From contig CM060734.1 of NCBI GenBank assembly GCA_030704615.1, forward strand, positions 26,288,001-26,352,000: a stretch of 64,000 nt of DNA, given 5' to 3'. Below, one piece after another: positions 51,121 through 62,286 of this stretch. The notes under the pieces are model-generated. The model worked only from the letters and a program-made list of their open reading frames with translations. It did no database searches and was not told the DNA's origin. Source of the DNA: Takakia lepidozioides (Eukaryota > Plantae > Bryophyta). Made by a program: the position numbers and the translations under genes. Position 1 is the stretch's first letter; every line of letters starts with the position of its first letter.

Positions 51121-51961
51121 TGTGTAATCATAAAACCTTAATTTGATGTATATATATTCTAGTACCAAAGTACTGTGGATAAAAAAGAGGGACCTTGCAA
51201 GATACTTATTGCACGGGTAGTATCCCACAGCCTAAGACGACTGCAGCGGAAGGGAAAATAATCTAGGGCTATGATTCATTTGGTCTTGCTCCGATGCTTC
51301 ATTTCATCATTTCATATAGTTCTTCTTCTCATATCAACACATGGAGTAAAGGAAATGCACTGCAGCTGGTTGAGATGACCATCTTGCCAATACTCCCAAG
51401 GAGCACATGCTAGAACGTGAGCGTGGCCACGTGAGCGTGTGAACCTGAGATTACGCCACGTAGGCTCATAGCCCAGCCCAGACCAGACGTGGACGGAATC
51501 ATGAAAGATGTTGGGCCTAATACTGTGGGTGCACACATATATCCGCGGAGATATTAAACTCCAGAAGGAAATCCAATATGCAGAGACTTTGTTTCCCTAT
51601 TTCCGAGGATATTTTTTCTTTTTTGTGTGCATTGATTCCAATGGTTTTTTGACATGGTTCCTCTGCTTGACAGCAAGAAATTGCTAATGTAGGAGAGAGA
51701 GGATGAACTTGGCAAGGACTCAAGAGAGTATATTGGAAATGGAAACATGACAGCTTTGTGTGATGTAGCTTTGCCTCAATTTGTTTTTAAATCTGTTGAA
51801 GCACTTAGTGCCGGTCAAAACAGAGCTAAAAGATATGAAGATTTTATGCATGTTTGCATCAATGCAAACATGATTTGTCCCTCTCCCAATTCTATTTTGA
51901 CAAAATTTTATGTCTCTAGTTTGTTCAATCTGTTGAAGCATATAAGAATGCATGAGACACA

Positions 51962-54900
51962 GCTATGCACGGGAAGGATTGCCTATACCAGTGGCGGTTC
52001 TTACCATTTGGGCTTAAAAACGCTCCCGCTGAGTTTCAAAGAGTCATGGACAGGATTCTAGCAGGGGTGGAGTTTGCTCGGTGCTACATAGATGACATCA
52101 TCATCTTTAGTGCTACGGTGGAGGAGCATGAGAGACACCTTCAGGGGGTATTTGAGCGCTTGAGGACGCACGGATTGAAGTTACATCCGGGCAAGTGCAA
52201 GTTTTTCCACAACCAGATTGAGTATCTAGGTCACATGATATATCCTGGAGGATTGGGGGTACAGCAGACTAAGGTAGAGTCCATTGCACAGGTTCCACGC
52301 CCCACGGATGTGAGCCGAGTTCGAGCTTTCATGGGGTTAACAAACTATTACAGACGGTTTGTTAAGGGATTTAGTGCCATTGCAAAGGCTCTAACCAAGC
52401 TGACCAAGGTGGACCAGGAGTGGCAGTGGGAAGATGAGCAAGAACAAGCTTTTCAAGAGCTCAAGGCGAGGTTGACCTCGGCGCCCATCTTGAGACGACC
52501 TATCAGGGGGCGTCCTTTTCAGCTGCATACAGATTGGAGCATGCTGGGGCTTGGAGCGGTGCTCACACAGGTGGATGATGAGGGAAGAGAGTTCGTAGTG
52601 GCTTATGCTAGCCGCTCGAACAATGCTGCAGAGTCTAAGTATAGCTCATATGAGGGAGAATGCTTAGCTGCAGTGTGGGCCGTGGCACACTTCAGGTGCT
52701 ATTTATACGGCAATCTCTTCACCCTTGTCACGGATCACCAACCACTCAAGTGGTTGATGGAGTCAGACAAGCTTACGGGGAAGCTTGCACGGTGGGCACT
52801 CATCCTTCAAGAGTATGACTTTCAGGTGGTGCATCGACCGGGTTTGGTCAATCGAAATGCAGATGGGTTGAGTCGCAATCCATGCACGAGCCAGCAGGAT
52901 GACACTGGAGCTCGGTGGCATGGTGAGACGGACGAGGAGATGGTGCCCGGATGGCATGCATCTGCATTTCTATGTATCTTGGCAGCGGAAGGCCAGGTTG
53001 GACCCACAACAGGGATGACTGTAGATCAAGTGTCTGAGGACCCTGAGGCCAGCAATGAGCAGGGTGGCGCCAAAGATATACATGAGGATTCAGTTGTGTT
53101 GGACTACCTCCGCAGTGGAGACACGGCAGCCACTATGACTGCCAAGGAGAGGGATCGGATCCTACAACGAGCCAAGAGGTTCAGGTGGGAGGGGACACAC
53201 CTGCTCCGAGTGTGGGAGGATGGTCGAGTGAGGATTGTGCCTCACCCAACACAGCGGGCACGGTTAGTGCGGCATGCCCATGAGGAGTTGGGGCATTTTG
53301 GGGTGCGACGCACTCATAGTCTACTGCAAGGGCAGTATTGGTGGCGTGGTATGCACACAGAGGTGCAACAATTTGTGGCTAGGTGCATGGTGTGTGACAG
53401 GGTGCGTGCTTCATTCAACGCCCCTACTCCACAATTGCACCCTCTTCCGATCATGGGATTGGGCTACAGGTGGAGTCTTGACTTCGCAGGGCTGTTGCCA
53501 CTGACCATGCGCCACAACAAGTACGTGTGGTGATGGTGGAGCACTTCTCCAAGTGGATTGAATTGGTTCCATTGCCTGATAAGGCTAGTGAGGGAGCTGC
53601 GTATGCATTCCTGGATTGTGTGCTTAGCCGATTCGGTGCTCCAGCTGAGGTACTCACGGACCAAGGGAGAGAGTTCTTGGGGGAGTTTCAGGCTTTGTGT
53701 GACAAGCCTTGATAGACCACCGCACCACTTCTCGGGATCATCCTGAAGCCGATGGCTTGGCAGAGAGAGTTGTTCAGACAGTAAAGAGGGGTTTGCGCAA
53801 GTATGGCTTGCAGAAGGGACACCTAGGAGATTGGGACCTTCAGTTACCCTGGTTAGCCATGGGCTACAGGTTCAGCAAGCAAGCATCACTTGTCTCCTTC
53901 TCACCATACTTTCTTCTCTTTGGCCGAGAGCCGGATTTGCCTACATCCATTCGCAGAGAAGCTGCTACAGTTCTTAACCTTGACGATCCGAACATGTGGG
54001 CACGTGCATGTGGGCAGCGTGCAGAGTTGTTCAAGAGAGTCATGCCCATGGCTTTCGAGAACCTTGCCATTGCACAACACCGTGATACGTTGAGGTATGC
54101 TACCATACGTGGTGGGGGCTATCGTCCTGGGATTCGGAGATTCAACCCTGGTGACTATGTCTATCTGCAGCAGACTGCTCCTACGACCCTGGATGTGACT
54201 GCAGGACGTGTTATTTTGAGGGTTCGAGAGGTCTTGCCCTCAGGCGTCTTGGTCTTGGAGGGTCGGGATGGCATAACTTGGAAGGACCATGTGCGTAATT
54301 GTGCGCCATGTCACCTTCCGAATGTTGATGGCAGGATTGACCCAAACATGGTAGTGGTATCTGCAGGTTTGAGGTGCATGTTGTGTGGGTCTGCTAAAGG
54401 GGCAGCCACCATGCTGGTGTGCGATCGATGCTCTAGAGGTTGGCATATGGGATGCTTGACTCCACCTCTTGAGATGGTTCCGGATGGGGATTGGTTATGT
54501 CCACATTGCATTGGATAGTGGGAGTGGATACAACCATGGAAGGCTAACAAGAAACGCAAGGCCCAGCTACTAGGAGACCTTGAACACACGAGGTCCTGGC
54601 TCAAGTTCACAGATTGCAAGATGGCGACTAACGATGGGGCTACTCTTGTACCCGGCCTCTTGGTCTATAGAGTTTGAGTACAATAGGGACAGTGATAGAG
54701 GACTTAGTACGGCTGTGGCTATTACATCTTGTAGCTATCTGGAGGTAGAGGGACCTATCCACCAGCTAGGGGGCGATTGTGACAGACTACTTTATTGTGC
54801 ATATATGTGTGGTGTGGTTTGGACAGCGATGTAGTTGTGTAGCGATATGTATGCGCACGACAGCTGTCAAGTTAAATAAGCACAGTGTGAAAACAGCTAG

Positions 54901-55302
54901 AATAAAACTAGTTATTTGTATTTAACACTTGGATTTAGGTCAAGTGTTAAATCAGGTGTCAAGTTTAGTTTGACACCTGGTCCGTCTTATCTTCACGAGA
55001 GCGGCAGTCGCGCGGCTCATCTTTCTCGAGTTGAGCCTGCGCGACCGAGCTCCTGCATGCGTTTAGATCTGAGTGTACTCATGATGGGAGTGTAGGTTGT
55101 TGTGGGGTGGAGTCCCCATAGCTTGGGGTGCCCCTGGCTCGACTTCTATTATAAAGAGTGATAGTGATGGATTTCATATGTTTTGTGTCAACAGTGTCTC
55201 TATGCTTGTTTATCTATTGTGGCAGACTACTTTATTGTGCATATATGTGTGGTGTGGTTTGGACAGCGATGTAGTTGTGTAGCGATATGTATGCGCACGA
55301 CA
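51962..55302 (+). mobile_element. 5'-truncated Ty3/Gypsy element: RT, RNase H, integrase with C-terminal PHD finger, PPT and A-B-A terminal repeat
   Basis: PFGLKNAP, YIDD, FQLHTDWS, HEELGH...CMVC, LDFAG/LTDQG/GLAER. PHD CMLC...CDRC...HMGC...WLCPHC, stop at 54518. Frameshifts at ~53527 and ~53709. A repeats at 54778-54862 and 55218-55302. Confidence 0.93.
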
Positions 55303-55399
55303 GGTGTTACCGGTGTCACCTGTGTCTGCATCTGTGTTTCAAGATGCAAATCATGCTGCAATGGTTTATCCTGTATACCACGGTATCCCTTCAACTTAT

Positions 55400-55920
55400 T
55401 GGCATTGACTCTACCAAGCATCTCTTTGTTAACGGTTTGTAACATGGCTGTGTTGTTATCATACATCTTCTGTATGACATAAGGTCCTTTCTATGGTGAC
55501 TTAAGCTTGAAGCTTTAATCTTTCCCTTCTTCTGCAACCAAAGTACCAAATCTCTTGTCTTAAAAGTCTTCAATTTTCTTCATCAAACTGATCTTTCCTC
55601 TTCATCTGAATTCTGGTCATGTTATCCGCTGCATCAGCACGTGCTTCTTCCACATGATATAATTCATGTTTCCTTACTTTAATTGAATCCTCCAATTCCA
55701 TTCTCCTTCCCCATTCAGTTCTCATGGTAGGTAATAAGAATTCCACTGGAAGTAAAGCTTCCATACCATAAACTAATTGGAATGGTGTATACTTGGTGGT
55801 GACTTTATATGAAGTCCTATATGACCACAAAGTTGTCAACAGCTTTGTATCCCAATCCGTTCTGTTTGCATTGACTATCTTAGCCAAGATAGTGCATAGT
55901 ATCTTGTTGGTGGTCTCTGC
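55400..55920 (-). mobile_element. Gypsy integrase C-terminal remnant (different family)
   Basis: GQAETTNKIL...DWDTKL...LWSYRTSYKVTTKYTPFQLVYGMEALLPVEF. Confidence 0.85.
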
Positions 55921-57076
55921 CTGCCCAGTCCCAATGTGGCCGTATACATTGCATAATCGAAGCCTCCATAAGGGCATTCGTCGTGGTTCCGCAAGCACGA
56001 CATCTTTGCAAAGGAGGCCCGGAGGACGTGTGTGTTGTCGATGACAATGACCTTGCAGACAGCAACGAAGCCCTTTGATTTTCCCTAATGGAGGAACTGG
56101 GTCCTACCTACCCACCTATCATCGTGTAACGTGTTCATCACGCCAGCGGCGGATGAACCGCTTACTCATTCTCATCCACAGTCGGCCACCTGCCACCGAA
56201 GTCCATCCCCCCGGATGGAAATTTGGCGCCGCATTTACATCGAAGGGGAGATGGATGAAGTCATCTCGAGGGGCTATAGGCCCACCTGGCACTAACGGCC
56301 CATAGTTTGCATGGCACGGATGGAAACTGAAACGGCTACATTCATGGAGCAGCCAATCTTCATCCGTGCAAGTTCCTGTAAGGGGGAAATGTAAATGTGC
56401 CCTGGAGTGTAAGTGAGGAATTGCAGCGTTTGCAAACAAAATGTCATCTCCTTGCACAACTTCCTGCCTCCGCGCTGGTGCCTCCTCCATCCAGAAGCTG
56501 TTGTCATTCATCGTACTCTGCTACTCTTTTGCAAGGATGCCCTGCCGCCGCAATCTTGCTGATTGCCCTTATCATGGCCACGATTGTGTGATGTTCAAAC
56601 CCAAATCAGGAGACATCATTATCTGGCTCTCTGTTTTCACTTACGCTTCTGGAGTCAAGCGGGAGTCATTGCGCGCAATGGAGTATTTGGAGGACTATTA
56701 CCGCTTTGTCAATGCGGTCCGTGGGTGCTGCAAATTGTTGACCTCGATATACCCAGAGTCTAACCGTTTTAACTAACGTTCCTGGCACTTGTCAGTGCGA
56801 ACGTTCATGTCTGCATCGAGAATATGGTAGGATCCACCCTTAGGAAAAACTGTCAGGAGATATTATTGGTTCGCCGAATTGGCCATCATTGTCATACATA
56901 CTGTCCCATGGAATCGGAGCTCCCACCTTCATGCATGTATCTTGAAACATTCTGCTCGACTTCAATGTGCAACTTCCAATCGTCGATGGCCTCGGCAGTT
57001 CCAATTACGTGGTGCCAGTAAGCCTTGGTCTGTCGCTATAGAGAACCTCGCACTTGCCAACTTTGTGCAGTGTTCG

Positions 57077-59787
57077 ATGGCTCCCAATTCCTACGCTATA
57101 GTTTGCTGTCCTCCGCAACTTGGGAGAGCCTGGATCCCTAACGAGGGAGGACTTTGCAAAGTGACTGAGACTTACCTATGTTCCAAATTCAAGCTGAAAC
57201 CGGGCACAGTTTATTTGGAAGAAGAAAGGAAGGATGTTCCTAGACAGGTTGATGAGACCATTGTCGTGCTAGGTGTCGATGGAGGTTGCGGAATTGAGTG
57301 GCATGTACCCCCATCAGACACCATCTTGTATTGCGTTGTGGGAATGCTCATTCCCTTCCCGAATTAGTCGCTGCCCACACCATCCACAAAGGAGTCGGGA
57401 AACCGACAGGCGGCCACTGCCAACAGAGAGGTATGCAACGATAATCATTCCCGACCTGGACCATCAAGACCCTCCATAGCTTCTCGTGTGGAGGTATTCG
57501 AAATTTCAGACGAGGAAGATGAGTGCATGGAGGTCCCCATGTCCTCCACGCAGTCGTTCAAATCCGACATGGACGTCTCTACTGGTGCTACGCATGTACC
57601 CCCGAGCATAACTCCAACCCGTTCCATTGTGCAGCTCCTACGGCAACATCACCTTGATGGTTCTCGCTCCGAGCTGGCTGCTCTCGACTATGCCAAATTT
57701 TCAGTCATGAAGGTAACGTATCTGCCTCCCGAAGTGGATGGTAATGTAATCTGTTACTTCGTCAAACAAAGCCTCAGGGATGTTAATAGACACGGATCGA
57801 AAGCATGACGGACACCCCTGGTGTGTGACGAAGACCAGTAGCACAAAAATTGCTGATGGTGTTCGTGTATGATACGTCCTCTGTGTGGGGAAGTTGAGGT
57901 GCCTCAATCCCACCTACTTCCACTTTCTCTCCAAAGGAGGGCGGAGAAACAAGACGGATTGGACTGGCACAACCCATCATCCATTCATTGTCTCCAGCCA
58001 GGCTCCAGCGGGTACTTTAAGTGCGCACATTGCAAAGAACCACCAACATGCATGTCCATGTGCAGAGCCAAGCAATATTATGTAATCCATTTGCTCCAGG
58101 ACTTGACTAGAGTTGCATACACGTTGGGGTCCACTGCCACCCCTTGGCGAGAGGCAACATGCGGGAGGCTGTGCAGGAAGCACATGACATCATAAAAGAG
58201 GAGGTGAAATTGAGCCCCGGAGCCAGACCAAAGCAGATTCAGCTGAAGGCAGCCCACAAGATTGCTCTTGGCAAAATTATGTCTGAAGATGGGAAAGACC
58301 GAGTGCCTTTGAATGAAGAGGAGATGCTTGACCTGTTGGAGTCCGTGTCGCACGTTTGTAGTCCAAATGTGCGGAATCACATCATATCTTGCAAGCAGGA
58401 GTTCGGCCGGGGGTCGGACATGCACTCAATCCTGGAGGTGAAACGAAGGACTGGATATGACTATATCCAAGGTAGCAGGTTTCCAGGGCAAGGCAGCGAA
58501 TCCGATCGTTGTTACATTTTTAAAATGTCAACGTGTGGGCCTGGAAGTGGAGTCGACTTGGTCACTCGAATGACAACTGGAAACTTGTCGAATGCTTGGG
58601 TGATGTTTGACCATCTCAAGCAAATTACAAACCATCAGTGGGTGACCATGGGTGCGCATGTTTATGACTATCACTCGAAGAGGCTCATGACGATTGCAAT
58701 CTGCGAGATGAAAGAGGAGGACACACAGTCCGATGCATCTGTGGGAGGGCATAAACGAGCAGATGGCAAGGGCGGGTTTGCCAAAGCCCAATTTCAGGGG
58801 ATTCATTGCAGACAACGCTCAGGCCAACTAGGCAACGGTGCGGCGTGTGTATGGTGAGACCCCAATGTTCTAATGGAGGGGAAAGAGAGATCATGTGGAT
58901 TCCATTGGATGCAAAGTCTATCTCACTACACTACCAAATTTGTTGCGAGCTCATTCCAAGCTGAACACCGTGTCCTTTGTACGGCGTGGAAGGATGCACC
59001 CACATTTGATGACGCGGAGGTTAAGTTTGCTATCATCGAGGCTTGGTGGAACACGTCAGGTGCAGTGGAGACAACCAATCTGGGAGCCTTGCACAACTGG
59101 TTGGGGTGGTGGCATTACCGGTATGGACAGTTCAGACAGTATATGCGGGAGGTATGATGCAAGACTTTTGCTGCAATTGTCGTTCTATTACAGACCTTTC
59201 CATTTTTCCCTCACCATTGTTTCTGTCCTTGTAGGAGCGGTGCCTGGATTCCGACACGGACATGCGGAACACGAATATGGCAGAATCAGTCCACTCCTCC
59301 TGGCGAGCGTCTTCTGCCGTACATCTGGTGGATGTAGTGACGGCCACAATGGAGGACATTGACAGAGCAATCATGCAGCAAGCCAGGTACTACAAGTTCC
59401 TGAGTGGGAAACAATGGGGCTTTGGGCCAGATAGGGAGGAATTGTTGGTACGAACAGCTTCGAGGTCGAAGAATCCACTGAAATGGGCGACAGCATTGCA
59501 AGAGAAGATCAAAGGGATGTCTCTGCACCGCAGAGGTGAACACCTAGAGGGGGACGTCCGTACTCGCCCTGTGAGGCGGAGGATTGAAGAGGAGCCCGGG
59601 TGCGAAGAGGATTCCTGGAGATCCAACAGGAACATTCGGACAGCACCTCGAGGTCCTGTCATGTTGCCGCACAATGTGTCTTCCAGCAGTGGAAGCCCAA
59701 GAGTTTCAAGATCGCCATCACCTTCAAGCAGGGATTCCGTGCAAGAAATTCCCAGTGCTTGCTTGCCCCAGATTCCGCCCGCTGTTA
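57077..59787 (+). mobile_element. Mutator-related transposase pseudogene, copy 1 (N-terminal domain, GCM/WRKY-like Zn finger, DDE core)
   Basis: HDGHPWCVTKTS...CVGKLRCLNPT, CAHC...C, WVMFDH, FRGFIADNAQAN, ERSCGFHW, NTNMAESVH. Intron ~59152-59234. Several frameshifts; cut off by a TGCA terminus at 59788. Confidence 0.82.
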
Positions 59788-60720
59788 TGCAGCGTAGCTA
59801 CAGCGTGAGCCCAGCCCCGTGAGCCTGGGAGCTGAGCTCACGTTGTAGCTGCAAAGCGTGAGCGGCACAAATCTGCTGGAGAAGCAGGTCCTATAGGCGA
59901 GGATTGCAAGAAGAGGGCCTATTACCGTGGACAAAACAAAGGGGGCCACCATGTCTGCAATGCGTGCACAAAAAGAGGAATATGAAAATGTGGCAGAATT
60001 GAGCTCAAAATGATTGACACACTTTATTTCAATTCACAGATAGACGCTTACAATGAATGGCATGTGCATTTGCCCTGGTTCCGTGAACAAAATGTATGTG
60101 TTTGTCCTAAATGCAAAGTCTTCAAACGGTAACTTGGAAACCAGCGTGGGAAGCGGGCATGGCTCGTATGTGTTCAAAGAGAATTTGGCGGAGCCCTACG
60201 TGAGGTGTCCCGCTGCAGAAGGGTGATGACTTCTCCGTAGCCTAGTGTGGCTTGGTGAATGAATTGGTCTCTCTTACCGTCGCAACACATAATTACAAGG
60301 TATATGTAATATTGATGCTTGCAGGGGACCCACTTCCCTCTCATGCCGAGAGCGCCCTCACGCATTGTTACAAAATCCGGACAAGTGCAAGTAGGGAAAT
60401 TCCCCACGGTAACCTGATATTCTTTGCCATGAAGAACTGAGCCAATAGACAGCACTGTGTAAATCCGTCCATACCCCGGGGCAGGGACTTCGGTGATACG
60501 AGCCACCCGAGCCTGCAAAATTCTAGCCGATTCCATCTTGCATTCGTGATCTGCACCCGAAGCGACACGGCGCACTATTTTTCCATCTCTTTTTGTTGGG
60601 TGGGAGTCGGCACCGGGTGGAGGCATTGCGGGAGCATGTGGCACATCTGTGCCGACAGTGCACAAGGGCACCACCTGGGACCGTGCAAGACAAAACCCTC
60701 CCTCCTCTATGATGCAAAGG
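59788..60720 (-). mobile_element. SWIM-containing transposase C-terminal fragment plus 3' terminus, inverted relative to copy 1
   Basis: Close homologue of 10383-11108 (CTCPDF...GKWVPCKH). Terminus TGCAGCG...GCGTGAGC repeats...CCTATAGGCGAGGA...GGCCTATTACCGTGG. Confidence 0.8.
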
Positions 60721-61437
60721 TGATGATGCAAAAGGACTCCCAACTTCGTTCATGGTTTCATGCGGCCTGGAACAATTTGTCAACACAGAAATTCGGGCCT
60801 GACGATATTTTCTTTAAGGGCCATGAGGCATGGAAAAACTTGCACAATTCACAAGTCATTGGTACACCACTCACCTGGACAGACAAGGAGTTCAGGGTCT
60901 TCACCAATTTTGCCATTCAGCGCTTACAGCAAGTTTTGCAGTTTAAACTTCCAGACATGGTGGGACAACATTGTATGCCCCAGAGAATTCCAGTTAGAGT
61001 TCGACCATTAAAACACCTCAGGGGGACGAGGATTCTGATACTACTGTTTCTTCAGCGGACTCTTTTGACATGGCAGAGGACTATGCAATTTAGATGGCAG
61101 AGAAGAAGCGACGGGGGTCTCCTATGCCTGAAAGATTACCTCGATATCAGCCTCCAGAGGGACTGACATATCCAAGTAGTGTTCAATCATCTCCCTCAAC
61201 CAGTGACAGGACACGGGCTTGCACACGGAGTCCTTCACGAGACTCTCAACGTCACAAGGGTGCTCGCTCACAAAGGTTTACAAATCCCAAACAGTAAACC
61301 GTGAGGACATAGCTTTTTGAGAGGGGGAGGGGTAATGTTAGAGGACTGCTTGGGACTTAGACACTTTTACGGGATCTGTGGGGTACCCTTAAATTTTTAC
61401 ACAGACTGAGACCAACAGGAGCCTTAGGGGGGGAGAT

Positions 61438-61575
61438 ACACAGCCCAACACAGTCCATCACAGCCCGTCACAGCCCGTCACAGTCCAACACAGCCCGTCA
61501 CAGCCCGACACAGCCGCCACAGCTTCGCACAGCCCTACACAGTCCGACACAGCCAGTCACAGCTCGACACAGCTG
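61438..61575. repeat. ~10-bp minisatellite (CACAGCCCGT-like)
   Basis: About 13 copies of CACAG(C/T)C(C/T)NN. Confidence 0.9.
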
Positions 61576-61605
61576 GGGAACAGTTACCATTGGCAGGGAA
61601 CGACT

Positions 61606-62099
61606 GTGGGGGAACGACATCTGAAAAAGGAACGTGTACTACAGAGATAACGGTTAGTTAGGAAAGCGGTTAGAACGGCTTGTAAATAGATAAAGCGAGA
61701 AGCGGGGACATCTGGGGGATCACTTCTTGGGGACTACTTCTGGAAGGACTTCTGGCATCACTTCTGAGAAATGAAGCGGAGAGCGCATCTCTGAGTAGAA
61801 AGAGGGAGAGCACGGAGTAGGAGGAGAACGATCTGTTGATGCTTGATGAATGCAAGCAGTAGAGTTGTAATGTAGAGCAGATTAGAGACTCCATGGCTTT
61901 AGCCTGATACTTGATAGATATAAATCTAATACATACTTCATACTCACACTGTGTAGAGAGATCTGAGTGAAGCTGTGGAATGAATGGATGAGTTGATGGA
62001 ATCCGATAGATTGCTGAAGCAATCTGATACTTAAATACCAACAGTAAGGTAACTAGCTAACATGAATACGGGAAGGAATACAAATAGGAAACACCCCCA
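61606..62099. mobile_element. Possible solo LTR
   Basis: Starts TGTGGGGG, ends near ACCCCCA; non-coding; no clear TSD. Confidence 0.3.
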
Positions 62100-62286
62100 T
62101 GATACACTAGCTGTAGGTCATGACTAATTGTTCTGAGCGGGCTGGGTGCTTAGAGATTTCCAACTCTTCTATCTTGGAGTTCCCACCTCGGATAGCGAAG
62201 GGATGGGTGAGTAAAAACCGCGCGACAGGGAGCGAGATAGACTCGCCCAATTTCATTCCAATGTAGGTAGTCTTCTACTGACTGCC

